Assembly (NCBI GenBank): GCA_023403475.1
Contig: JAEYEL010000189.1
Span: 1 to 59,387, forward strand
Direction: 5' to 3'
Length of the DNA: 59,387 nucleotides
Source: Actinomycetes bacterium
GTDB lineage: Bacteria > Actinomycetota > Coriobacteriia > Coriobacteriales > Eggerthellaceae
A program made the position numbers and the translations under genes. The notes under the pieces are model-generated. The model saw only the letters and a program-made list of their open reading frames with translations. It was not told the DNA's origin and made no database searches. Numbering within the stretch: position 1 is the stretch's first letter; each line of letters opens with the position of its first letter. This document shows positions 20,139 through 29,739 of this stretch, in pieces.

Positions 20139-20264
20139 ATGAAACAAATGATAAGAGACATGAAACCAAGCGAATACCCCTTGCTCAAGGACTTCCTCCT
20201 CGATGCGATATACATCGGTGACGGAGCGGACGAGACCGAGTGGATGATAGTTCGGAACCTTTAG
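20139..20264 (+). pseudogene. GNAT acetyltransferase remnant (internal deletion)
   Basis: MIRDMKPSEYPLLKDFLLDAIYI resembles a GNAT N-terminus, joined directly to a short C-terminal-like tail; 41 aa. Confidence 0.45.
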
Positions 20265-20373
20265 CGAGTGAAACCACTGGCTCTGGACGGTACTGGCATC
20301 CCGTCGAAACGGGCGTGTGGCTCCATGCGACCCCGCGTCACCAAAATAATCTCAAAAAAGTTCGTGAAAACCC

Positions 20374-20404
20374 TTGCTCGTGACGCGGCGTCGCATTGTA
20401 GAAA
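20374..20404 (+). promoter_or_regulatory. MerR-type promoter/operator
   Basis: TTGCTC-19 bp-TAGAAA with spacer dyad GTGACGC-g-GCGTCGC, directly upstream of the MerR gene. Confidence 0.7.
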
Positions 20405-20426
20405 CGCATGCAGGAGGTGAAAAGCC

Positions 20427-21203
20427 ATGGATGAAAACAAATACACAACCGGAGAGCTGGCAGATGCATGCGGTACCACGGTGCGCACCGTCCAATACTA
20501 TGATGGCAAAGAGCTGCTCTCGCCTTCAGGATATACGGAAGGAGGAAGGCGCCTGTATACGTTGTCAGATGCGAAGCGGCTGCGCCTTATCCTCATGCTG
20601 AAATCCTTGGGGCTTGCGCTTTCGCAGATCAAGGGCGTGCTTGAAAGCCCGAACAGCGCAAGCATCCTAAGCGCCCTTCTCGATGAGCGCGAACAGGCAA
20701 TCGTCGAGGAGCAGAAGCGGCAAAACGAGGTGCTGGGCACCATACAGGAGCTCAAGGCGAACATCCTGCTTTCCGGCGATCTCAAGACGTTGGCCGACAC
20801 ATCCATGGCAAAACTCATGGAAGATGCAAAAGCAAGAAAGCGTTGGCATGGATTGATGATCCTGCTCGGCATCGTGATGGACGTGCTGTGGATCGGAGCG
20901 CTTATCTATGGGATAACGAGCGGCATATGGTGGCCGTTTCCCGTAGCACTTGTGATAGTCGCTATTCTAGTGCTTTGGATGGTGTGCCGCTACGATTCGC
21001 ACGTGACATATCTCTGTCCCGCCTGCGGTGCGCAGTTCCGCCCGCGCCTCGGGGCATTCTTCGTCTCGCGCCACACGCCCAAGACGAGGAAGCTCACCTG
21101 TCCCTGCTGCGGCGAGAAAGACTGGTGTGTGGAGCACTACCATGCGAAGCGGGTCGACATCGCATCGGGCGAATGTCTGCCGGGCACATGCAATAGAAGC
21201 TAG
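20427..21203 (+). CDS. MerR-family regulator with TM helices and C-terminal zinc ribbon
   Basis: YTTGELADACGTTVRTVQYYD, GGRRLY; two TM helices; CPAC...CPCC. Confidence 0.88.
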   Translation: MDENKYTTGELADACGTTVRTVQYYDGKELLSPSGYTEGGRRLYTLSDAKRLRLILMLKSLGLALSQIKGVLESPNSASILSALLDEREQAIVEEQKRQNEVLGTIQELKANILLSGDLKTLADTSMAKLMEDAKARKRWHGLMILLGIVMDVLWIGALIYGITSGIWWPFPVALVIVAILVLWMVCRYDSHVTYLCPACGAQFRPRLGAFFVSRHTPKTRKLTCPCCGEKDWCVEHYHAKRVDIASGECLPGTCNRS

Positions 21204-22768
21204 AGTTCGCTGCCGTCCTTGAAGGTGACGGTAATGGTGCCGTCCTCATGCACGGTCGCGAAGTCCACGATGGCATGCCACAGGCGCTCGTCGAATTTTG
21301 CCACAACGTCGGGAGCGGACTCCATGTCGGCTATGAACACATCGGCATCTGCACGGGCGGCCGCTCTCCTGGATATCTCCGCATCCGCCTCGGCGAGCGC
21401 GGCCTCGGCCTCCTCCGCGCGCTTCACGAGCGCGTCGTAGCGGCGGCGGTAGTCCTCCTGGTCGAGGGCGACGCGGGCGTTCTCGGCGATGCACTTGTCG
21501 ATGAGGGCGTATGATGCCTCGACCTCCGCGCGGAGCACATCCCGCTCCTCCTCCAGAGTTGCCGTCGCCAGAGCGGCATCCATGGCACGGCGCAAGGCTG
21601 CGCAGACCTCCTCGCGCTTCGGGAGCAGCTTGTTGACAGCCTTGACGAAGGCTTCTTCCAGCTCCTCCTCCGTCACGTGCGGCGTCGGGCAGACCTCGCC
21701 CTCGAACTTTCCGTTGCACTGCCAGATGACGCGGCGGTACTTGTCGTTGGAGTGCCATACCTTGGGGCCGTACCATGCGCCGCAGTGGGCGCACTTGACC
21801 TTCGAGGAGAAAGGGGACGCGCAGCTTCTGTAGCCTCCCCGCGAGCGGGCTGACACCTCGCGCTGCGCCGCCTCGAAGACGGCCGGTTCGATGATGGCCT
21901 CGTGGTCGCCCTCGACGTAGTACTGCGGCACCTCGCCCTCGTTCACCTTCTGGCGCTTGGTGAGGAAGTCCACCGTGAACCGCTTCTGGAGCAGGGCGTC
22001 TCCCTTGTACTTCTCGTTTGTGAGTATCGACTTCACGGTGCCCTGCACCCACTTGCCCTTGCCGCCTGGGGTGGGGATGCCGTCCTCTGTGAGCGCGACG
22101 GCGATGGCGCGGTAGGTCTTGCCCGAGAGGAACATGGAGTAGATGCGGCGCACCACCTTCGCCTGCTCGGGGTTGACGACGAGGCTCCCGTCCTCGCCAC
22201 GGTCGTAGCCGAGGAAGCGCGAGAAGGGAACCGTCACCTTGCCGTCGGCGAACCTCTTCCGCTGGCCCCATGTGCAGTTCTCCGAGATCGAGCGGCTCTC
22301 CTCCTGCGCGAGCGACGACATTATGGTGAGCAGGAGCTCGCCCTTGCCGTCGAAGGTCCAGATGTTCTCCTTCTCGAAGAAGACCTCGACTCCCGCCTCC
22401 TTGAGCGAGCGTATTGTGGTGAGGCTGTCGACGGTGTTCCTGGCGAATCGGGAGACGGACTTCGCGACGATGAGATCGATATCGCCTGCGAGGGCGTCCG
22501 CCACCATGGCCTTGAATCCCTCGCGGCGCTTGGTGGACGTGCCCGTTATGCCCTCGCCTGTGTATATGCCTGCGAGCACCCAGCCGTCGCGCTCCTCGAT
22601 GTAGCGCGTGTAGTAGTCCACCTGCGCCTCGTAGCTCGTGAGCTGCTCCTCGTGGTCGGTGGACACGCGGGCATATGCCGCCACACGGCGCACGGATGCG
22701 GCTCCAACCGGGGCTGCGGTGAAACGCTGGCGGGTCGCGGGTATGGTGGTGACGCGCCTACTCGCCAT
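21200..22768 (-). CDS. Large serine recombinase (integrase)
   Basis: AAYARVST catalytic Ser, KSVSRFARN, LAQEESRSISEN, ILTNEKYKG, CAHCG zinc ribbon, coiled coil; 522-aa open frame. Confidence 0.95.
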   Translation of the reverse strand: MASRRVTTIPATRQRFTAAPVGAASVRRVAAYARVSTDHEEQLTSYEAQVDYYTRYIEERDGWVLAGIYTGEGITGTSTKRREGFKAMVADALAGDIDLIVAKSVSRFARNTVDSLTTIRSLKEAGVEVFFEKENIWTFDGKGELLLTIMSSLAQEESRSISENCTWGQRKRFADGKVTVPFSRFLGYDRGEDGSLVVNPEQAKVVRRIYSMFLSGKTYRAIAVALTEDGIPTPGGKGKWVQGTVKSILTNEKYKGDALLQKRFTVDFLTKRQKVNEGEVPQYYVEGDHEAIIEPAVFEAAQREVSARSRGGYRSCASPFSSKVKCAHCGAWYGPKVWHSNDKYRRVIWQCNGKFEGEVCPTPHVTEEELEEAFVKAVNKLLPKREEVCAALRRAMDAALATATLEEERDVLRAEVEASYALIDKCIAENARVALDQEDYRRRYDALVKRAEEAEAALAEADAEISRRAAARADADVFIADMESAPDVVAKFDERLWHAIVDFATVHEDGTITVTFKDGSEL

Positions 22769-22940
22769 CGCGCTCCGCCTTCTTCTTAGCCCAGGCCCTC
22801 TTCATGGCCTCGCTCATGCGCCGCTTCTCAGCATCCGTGCGCGGCCGTCTGCGCCTGGGGTCTTGGTAGGCGCTCTGTATCTCCCGGCCGTCCTTCAGAT
22901 GTATCGTCATGCTTCCGTGGTCTATGCCGATATGGTCGAT
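22758..22940 (-). pseudogene. 3' remnant of an upstream (second recombinase-like) gene, truncated by IS3
   Basis: IDHIGIDHGSMTIHLKDG, then frameshifted TDAEKRRMSEAMKRAW...DGE* overlapping the recombinase start. Confidence 0.55.
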
Positions 22941-22979
22941 TGACCTGTGTCAAGATTTCGGACACGGAAGCTCGAGGAA

Positions 22980-23857
22980 TTAGGCGGCCATGGGAAGCAC
23001 CTTTGATTCTGGCATCGTCCGCTCGAAGAACGATTCCATGGCTTTCGCGGGTATCCGGTAGCCGATGGTGGAGTGCGGCCGCCTGCGGTTGCAGCCGGCC
23101 TCGATGAACCCGACGACGGCGTGCTTGGCGTCGGCCCTGGTGGCGAAGCTCCTGCGATAGTACATCTCGTTCTTCAGGGTCGCGAAGAAGGACTCCGCAA
23201 CGGCGTTGTCGCGGCAGTTTCCGGTGCGGCTGCAGGAAAGCCGCACGTCGTTGGCGCGCGCCCGCTCGGCGAGCGTCCTGCCGGTGTATTGGGCGCCCCT
23301 GTCGCTGCAGAATATGGCGTTTCCGGCCACGTAGCCGCGCGACTTGGCCGACTCGAGCGCCGCCGCCCGCGATGTCGGCGGTCATGCGGTCCGAGAGCGA
23401 CCAGCCGACCACCATGCGCGCGCAGGTCGATCACCGTGGCCAGGTACAGCCATCCCTCGCCGGTGCGCAGGTACGTGATGTCGCCTGCGAGCCTGCAGGT
23501 GGGAACGGGGCTGGTGAAGTCGCGGCGCACCGGGTCGGGGCGCGGCTTCGCCTTGGGGTCTGGGATCGCGGTCCTCTTCTTGGCGTTGGGCGCGCGGCCG
23601 CGTATGCCCGGCCCGCGCATCAGCTTCAGCGCCCTGTAGCGCGCAAGGCGGCGGAAGTCCGGCGGCGGCATCGCGTGCGCGAAGCGGAAGCCGAACCTGC
23701 GGTCGGGCTCCGGCCGCACGCGCATCACCGCGTCGCGCTCGACGGCCCAGTCGTCTTCCGGGCAGCCGTTGGCCAGCCGCGAGCAGAGGCTCGAGCGGCT
23801 CACGCCGAGCACGCGGGCCATCAGCTTCACGGGGAATCCGGCCTTCTCCGCCAGCAT
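22980..23857 (-). pseudogene. IS3 orfB DDE transposase, frameshifted
   Basis: GDITYLRTGEGWLYLATVIDL and SDRGAQY...DNAVAESFFATLK lie in different frames. Confidence 0.85.
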
Positions 23858-23874
23858 GAGCCGGTAGCGTGCGG

Positions 23875-24159
23875 CTACGCCTGCTCCCCGGCGAAGAAGG
23901 CCGCCGCTTTCTTCGGGAACGCGTTCCCCGTCTCGAGCTCGCGTATGCGCTTGCGCGCCTCGCGCAGCTCGCGGTCCTCGGCCTTCGGGTCGGGGTGGTC
24001 GGAAAGCTCCCGCCTGCGCTTTATCACCCATTGGTTGACCGTTTTGGAATTGAGGCCCAGTTCCCTGCAGCATTCCGAGATCGGCCTTCCCGTCGAGATC
24101 ACGTAGTCGGCGGTCTCGCGCCTGAACTCGTCGGCGTGCTTGGCGGCTGGGTTGGCCAT
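23875..24159 (-). CDS. IS3 orfA HTH protein
   Basis: EFRRETADYV...RELGLNSKTVNQWV...KKAAAFFA. Confidence 0.85.
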   Translation of the reverse strand: MANPAAKHADEFRRETADYVISTGRPISECCRELGLNSKTVNQWVIKRRRELSDHPDPKAEDRELREARKRIRELETGNAFPKKAAAFFAGEQA

Positions 24160-24244
24160 GCTCGCCTTCCTTTCGTCGTCGTTGGTATGCATTCTAGATG
24201 ATTGGCTCCTCTAGCATGCGTGTCCGAAAGAACGATACAGGTCA

Positions 24245-24561
24245 GAGATGAGCAGCACCTCCTCGGGCGTGGTGAAGTCGGCGAGTTTCGACCCCTCGAG
24301 CACGTCCGCGCCGTCCCCCTCGAGCAGAGCGTCGAGCGAGGACACGTCGCCGCTTGCCGCGTAGGCGCACAAGCCGCACTCGCCGTCGCAGAGCCACACC
24401 TTCTTCTGCGGGCAGCGGCACCTGCCGTGGTACTGCATGCGCTTGCGGTGCGCATCAATCGGGTTCTGATAGGCGCGATAGGGCTCCTCGTCCATCTCCA
24501 CCCACCGCTTGAGGCCCCTGATGTAGACCTTTTTCTTGCAGTCGTTATTCCGGTTGCGCAT
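24245..24561 (-). pseudogene. Sigma-factor-like mobile-element regulator, C-terminus removed by IS3
   Basis: HRKRMQYHGRCRCPQKKVWLCDGECGLC...SLD...TPEEVLL, then runs into the IS end. Confidence 0.6.
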
Positions 24562-24564
24562 GGC

Positions 24565-24775
24565 GCGCCTCCTGTCTCTTCTGGAGACGGAGGCGTCGCG
24601 GGTGCGCACGAGAAAAGGGCGGTCGCAACCGGACGGGTTTCACTCCGTCTCTGATTGCAACCGCCCTTTCGGTAGGCCGTCGCTTTTTTGCCTTCCCTGC
24701 CCGAGCCCGAAACTGCCCTAGGTGCGCCCGTGCAGGCTTATGTGTTGCGGGTGGTTTAACGTCATACCCAGGACG
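24565..24775 (-). promoter_or_regulatory. Structured 5' leader: pseudoknot, terminator-like hairpin and SD-sequestering hairpin
   Basis: CGTC-CTGGGTAT-GACG-TTAAAC-CACCC; GAAAGGGCGG...CCGCCCTTTTC; GCCTCCGTCTC...GAGACAGGAGGC. Confidence 0.55.
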
Positions 24776-24789
24776 GCGTCAGCCGCGAG

Positions 24790-24972
24790 CTAAACGCTCG
24801 CGACGCGGATGCCTTGAATCTCGTTGAAGAGGTCGGACAAGTCGCACTCGTCCATGGCCTCAAGAACACCGCCGTAACGCTTGACGGCAGCTAAGGCATC
24901 CTGGTAAGACTCGATGTCCTCAATGAGGTCGAGTTCGAATTGGATGCTGTATATGAAGTCGTTAACAGTCAT
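24790..24972 (-). CDS. Small acidic hypothetical protein
   Basis: 60-aa ORF MTVNDFIYSIQFELD... with plausible composition. Confidence 0.4.
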   Translation of the reverse strand: MTVNDFIYSIQFELDLIEDIESYQDALAAVKRYGGVLEAMDECDLSDLFNEIQGIRVASV

Positions 24973-25230
24973 TAATCCCACCAACCAAATCACTCTTCGT
25001 TCTGCGTTTGAATCCAAGGTACCGAGGAGGGATAGGCCGTCGTTAGGGCTCGGCGTTGAGAAAAAGTTGAGAAAAAGTTGGAGCCATTGGATAGGGACGG
25101 TTGGAAGGGATTTCGCAGCCTGTGCGCGACCAAATGTGGATATCGAATTCACATTTGTGCATTTCATATATTTCTGAATGAACCCGATTGCTAAAATTGA
25201 GACAGCAATTGATGGATCTACTTCAAGGGG

Positions 25231-25440
25231 TTGAAAGTGTCTTTTAGCTACAAGAAGCTTTGGAAGTTGCTCATCGATAACGACATGATGAAGAAGGATT
25301 TGATGAAAAAGGCGAAGATTACGTCCTCTACCATGGCGAGGCTTGGGAAGGATAAGCCGGTAAGCATGGACGCACTTGCAAGAATCTGTAGCGTGCTCAA
25401 TTGCAACATTGGGGACATCGTCGATTTCGTCAAAGATTAG
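25231..25440 (+). CDS. Cro/C1-type HTH regulator
   Basis: SYKKLWKLLID...VSMDALARICSVLNCNIGDIV. Confidence 0.88.
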   Translation: MKVSFSYKKLWKLLIDNDMMKKDLMKKAKITSSTMARLGKDKPVSMDALARICSVLNCNIGDIVDFVKD

Positions 25441-25476
25441 AGTTCCAGAAGCTAGCAGGAGAAGGGAAGTCCTCGT

Positions 25477-26943
25477 ATGCGCTTGTGCTTCGGCACATTC
25501 TTCAAGCTTGCGACCCAGGCGAAGGCAGGGGGTAAAGAGTGCGACCTTTGCACGGCAATCCTCAAGTGTTCCGGTGCAGATCTTTATAATCTCACGGGTC
25601 CTGAGGCATCCCGCTTGAAAAGCGGAGCCGACAATCCTCCACAGGATGTCCTCAACGCCCTACTGGATGCCGACATCCACGATATCGCAAATGCTTTCAA
25701 AGAAACCGTCATCCCTCGCATAAAGGGAACTTGTCATAAGCCCCTCGTTCTTGCGCTCCTCAAGGTCATCGAAGAAGACAAAACCATAAGCGGTGACATG
25801 GTCGTTGGTATTGAAGGTGGATATGAAAAGAGCAAGTTGCTAAATGCCAAGTTTTTTACCTTCGACGAGTTTCTGGCAAACGTGCTCGTCTACGCCGCGA
25901 AGGATGTCCGCAACACGGATTGCAAGAAGGACATAAAGGAAATCAGGAAGGATTATCTCAAGCAGTTCAGCTCGGAGTCAGGCAACATAACCTTCGAAGA
26001 TGCCGTTGTCAGCCATTCAACCCCTTTGGAGAAGACACTGCTTGACAACGATTTCGACGAAACATTCGCGCTTGTTTCAGAGACGCATGCAGGCTTGCCC
26101 GACCGTCCGTCTTCCGTCCGCATCTACTCTTTGTCTATACAGAACGACTTATTCAGAACCAACGAGCTTAAAGAGTTAGTCTTGAAGAATCTGGGCAGAT
26201 ATGTCTTCTCGAGAGCCCGTTGCAACAATTACGCCACAAAGCAGATGACAGAAAGCCTGGTCTCAATAGCGTTGGGAAGCCTGAAAAACGACCCGAAGGT
26301 TTTGTCGGAAGGTGCAGGCTCTGTATTTGGCGAAATCCTCGTTTACTCTTTCTTGGAACACGTATTGCAGGCACCCAAGATAATGAGCAGGATTGAGTTT
26401 TCAAGTGTCTCAGGCGCACGAGCCGTACGGAGCGAAGGCGTCCATCTGGCACTCACAGGAGACGAGAACAAGCCGTTCACGCAGCTCGTCTTCGGAGCGT
26501 CCGAGGTCCTTGGGGATATTGACAGTGCCATAGACAAAGCGTTTGAGCGGGTTATGGATATCCGGGGTAACAGCAGCGGCGAGCTCCAGACGGTGGAAGC
26601 CGCAATCTCGAACAACGTCTTCGACCCAGGCACGACCGACTATCTCATCGGCCTTTTGAAGCCGTCTCGGAAGAACAGGAGGCCGGCGGAACAAGCCTTC
26701 GGCATCTTTCTCGGATATTCGGTGAACATAGACGACGAAGCTTTCCTCGACATGAGCCGAGAGGACGCGATTGTCCAGCGGGTCAAAATGGATGCCGCCC
26801 ACGCGACATCGAGAATCCGCAAACTCGTTACGGAGTTAAACCTCCAAGGACATTCCCTCTACGTATATATCCTCCCGCTCAATGACGCGCTTAGTGATAA
26901 GGAAGAGATCATGAATGACGTTTTCGAAGGGAGGGTCTTCTAA
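25477..26943 (+). CDS. hamA: Hachiman HamA-like (DUF1837) protein with N-terminal extension
   Basis: GEILVYSFLEHVLQAPKIMSRIE, EGVHL, LVFGAS, YVYILPLND; stop overlaps the helicase start. Confidence 0.72.
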   Translation: MRLCFGTFFKLATQAKAGGKECDLCTAILKCSGADLYNLTGPEASRLKSGADNPPQDVLNALLDADIHDIANAFKETVIPRIKGTCHKPLVLALLKVIEEDKTISGDMVVGIEGGYEKSKLLNAKFFTFDEFLANVLVYAAKDVRNTDCKKDIKEIRKDYLKQFSSESGNITFEDAVVSHSTPLEKTLLDNDFDETFALVSETHAGLPDRPSSVRIYSLSIQNDLFRTNELKELVLKNLGRYVFSRARCNNYATKQMTESLVSIALGSLKNDPKVLSEGAGSVFGEILVYSFLEHVLQAPKIMSRIEFSSVSGARAVRSEGVHLALTGDENKPFTQLVFGASEVLGDIDSAIDKAFERVMDIRGNSSGELQTVEAAISNNVFDPGTTDYLIGLLKPSRKNRRPAEQAFGIFLGYSVNIDDEAFLDMSREDAIVQRVKMDAAHATSRIRKLVTELNLQGHSLYVYILPLNDALSDKEEIMNDVFEGRVF

Positions 26944-29582
26944 TGGCGGCACCGCGCGCGGCCACCTTCGGCGAGGCTCTTCATTGGGATTTGGCGAATG
27001 ACGGCTACCTTCAAGAGATTTACGAGAACCTCCTGTTCAACTATGCGCTGGAGCTCTTCGGCTTTAAGAGCATCCAGAAGCGGGAAGTTGTCTTGGAGGA
27101 CGCCCTGCGCTTTGCCGACCTCCTGACGAAAACAATCGATCATGATAATCCGGATGCCGACAAGAGCTGGGCGCAGGAGATGGTCTGTCTCCTCAACGTC
27201 ACGATGCCAGAAACGCCGGCCCTCAGATACATCACCGGCAATGTGTACGCGGATGCCTCGAACTACAAGGGGCTGCAATTGGCTTCGCCTGAGTACACGA
27301 GCGCCGACCTGTTCGAATCCGCCTTCCATGAATTCGAGAAGCAGTATCTCAAGATTCCGGGAAGCGATATCGATAACGCGCAGTTCTTTCGTCCCCAGAA
27401 GGAAATCTATGAACGTATGTCCGAAGGCAGTTTCAGTTATTCGGGCCCCACATCGATGGGCAAGTCGCTGATCATGCGAACGTTCATTAAGAACCAGGTC
27501 ATAGACACGCGCGAAGAGAACTTCGCGATAATCGTGCCTACCAAGGCACTCCTCAATGAGATAAAGAGCGAGCTCATCCAGAGCTTGGGCGAGCTGCTGC
27601 AGGTCAAGAATTACCGCGTGGTCTCCTCCGCAAGGGATCTTCTCCTTGAGGGAAACCACAACTTCATCTTCGTTATGACCCCCGAACGCCTCCTCCAGCT
27701 CCTCGTTTCCCGTCCTGATATAACTGTCGATTACCTATTCGTCGACGAGGCTCACAAGATCTCATCGAAGGGAGAGCGCAGTTCCTTCTACTACAAGGTC
27801 ATAGATGTCTTATTCTCCAGGAAGCAAAAGCCGCACGTCATATTCGCGTCCCCGAACATCCCCAACCCAGAGATCTACCTCGAGCTCATACCGCCATCGC
27901 AAAGAGCAGATGTCCAGAGCATATCCTCGACCTTCGCCCCTGTAAGCCAGATCAAGCTCATACTCGATCTGGTCGACAACGAGATCAGCGTCTACAACGA
28001 CCGCAAGGCGGACAAGGACAGTTGCGGCGATGGGAGAATCAAGGTCTGTGGCATACAGCCAGGGACTCGCCTTATCCACATGGTCGAGCACATCGGCTCA
28101 GACAAGCAGAACATCGTCTATTGCAGCTCGAAAGACAAGACCATCTCGGCCGCAATCGAATACGCCAGGACGCAGCCAGATACCAAGGATCCCATCTTGC
28201 TTGCGCTGTCTAACGACATCAAGGAGCAGATACACAAGGACTACTATTTGGCCGACCTCATCAAGAAAGGGGTTGCATATCACGTCGGTTACCTTCCATC
28301 GAACATAAGGGCGCGTATAGAGGATGGCTTCAAGGACGGTCATATCCGCGCGCTGTTCTGCACGAGCACGCTTATAGAGGGGGTGAATCTTCCCGCTGAC
28401 AACCTGTTCATAACAGGAAACAAAAACGGCAACTCGAAGATGACCCAGGTGGAGTTCAGGAACCTAGTGGGACGAGTGGGCAGGATCGGCTACAACCTTT
28501 ACGGCAACGTTTTCCTTGTCAGAATGGATGATGACATCCAGGTTGAGAACTATGATGCTCTGCTCGGAGGCAGCGTCGAGCCGCAAAAACTGTCGATTGA
28601 CACGCGCCTCAGCAGTACGCAGAAAAAGGCCATCGTTGACTCGCTGATCAATCCTGATGGTGATAACGAAGTGTGGATGAACAGCAATCAAGAGCAGCGA
28701 TCACTTATGAACCGCTTCTCGATGATGCTCTCGAAAGACATCGCCGATAACCGCGAAAGCTATGTTCGCGAGAGCTTCAGGAGAGTCATGAGCGACGAGG
28801 ATGCCGATCAGATAAAAGCAGCCTTCGAAGATACCGAGCAAACCGACGACATCACCCTCACCTATGACCAAAGAGAAGGCCTACTCCAAGCCATAGACGA
28901 CGGATTGGTCTATCCAGAAGTACCCCAGGGCAAACGAATCGAGCACGACACCTTGTACGGTTTCCTGGTGAAGCTCGCCGAGGTTTTCAAGTGGGACCTC
29001 TATGAAAATAAAGGACTTGGATCCAAATCCTCCACTGGCGAATACGGAAAGCTCAAGTGGTACTCGGTAGTGCTTTCCCAATGGATGTGCGGGTTCGGAC
29101 TCAACCAAATCATTAACGGCAGCATAGCGTACAAAAAAGAACACCCCTATACAGGCGTGTGGCTCGACGGAAGGCTACGTGCTGAGACATATGACGGCAG
29201 TCCAGAACACAACAACTACATTATCGCCGATATCCTGGGGACTCTTGAGAACGTGGTTCTCTTCAGCTTGACCAACTATCTTCGCGAGTTCTCGGACGCA
29301 GCAAAGAAGCGTCAGGGAGTTGAGGAGATTGAGAATGACTGGTCCGACATAGTCGAATACGGAAGCACGGATTCCCTCGTGCAGTTCTTGCAACGAGCCG
29401 GGTTTTCCCGAGAAGTTGCTCAATACATACGCGGCCACGCATCGACTTTCCAGACCGACCAAGATGGCAACGTCAAGCTAATAGGTGATGCCCTGTTCAG
29501 CAGCGAGGACGAAACCGTAGTAGCCGAGACGGAGGATGTACATTTCAATTTCCCTGAGTTGTTCCTTAAGCCCCAGTTCTAA
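26943..29582 (+). CDS. hamB: Hachiman HamB-like Ski2-type DEAH helicase
   Basis: GPTSMGKS, VPTKAL, TPER, DEAH, CTSTLIEGVNLP, NLVGRVGR. Confidence 0.8.
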   Translation: MAAPRAATFGEALHWDLANDGYLQEIYENLLFNYALELFGFKSIQKREVVLEDALRFADLLTKTIDHDNPDADKSWAQEMVCLLNVTMPETPALRYITGNVYADASNYKGLQLASPEYTSADLFESAFHEFEKQYLKIPGSDIDNAQFFRPQKEIYERMSEGSFSYSGPTSMGKSLIMRTFIKNQVIDTREENFAIIVPTKALLNEIKSELIQSLGELLQVKNYRVVSSARDLLLEGNHNFIFVMTPERLLQLLVSRPDITVDYLFVDEAHKISSKGERSSFYYKVIDVLFSRKQKPHVIFASPNIPNPEIYLELIPPSQRADVQSISSTFAPVSQIKLILDLVDNEISVYNDRKADKDSCGDGRIKVCGIQPGTRLIHMVEHIGSDKQNIVYCSSKDKTISAAIEYARTQPDTKDPILLALSNDIKEQIHKDYYLADLIKKGVAYHVGYLPSNIRARIEDGFKDGHIRALFCTSTLIEGVNLPADNLFITGNKNGNSKMTQVEFRNLVGRVGRIGYNLYGNVFLVRMDDDIQVENYDALLGGSVEPQKLSIDTRLSSTQKKAIVDSLINPDGDNEVWMNSNQEQRSLMNRFSMMLSKDIADNRESYVRESFRRVMSDEDADQIKAAFEDTEQTDDITLTYDQREGLLQAIDDGLVYPEVPQGKRIEHDTLYGFLVKLAEVFKWDLYENKGLGSKSSTGEYGKLKWYSVVLSQWMCGFGLNQIINGSIAYKKEHPYTGVWLDGRLRAETYDGSPEHNNYIIADILGTLENVVLFSLTNYLREFSDAAKKRQGVEEIENDWSDIVEYGSTDSLVQFLQRAGFSREVAQYIRGHASTFQTDQDGNVKLIGDALFSSEDETVVAETEDVHFNFPELFLKPQF

Positions 29583-29739
29583 AAAAGTTTTTCTGACTTC
29601 CGAATAATTAAAGATGGGTGCTAACCATTCGTAGCCGTTCATGAGTTTCGTTCGACATTTCTCATGAAGGGAAGGAGCGTTTAGCTATCTGCGGAATCTC
29701 CAAATGTTATACTTTTATCTAAATGTGTCCTTTTGAGAG

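Larger units (their letters stand above)
22941..24244 (-). mobile_element. IS3-family insertion sequence (degenerate), 1304 bp
   Basis: Terminal IRs TGACCTGT(G/A)TC....TTTCGGACACG with TG..CA ends; orfA HTH + orfB DDE; flanks differ (gat / gag), so no target duplication. Confidence 0.92.

Noticed and set aside
24749..24775. Pistol ribozyme (ACGTTAAA resemblance)
   Set aside because: The pseudoknot closes immediately after TTAAAC, and I cannot find the additional stems a pistol fold needs.
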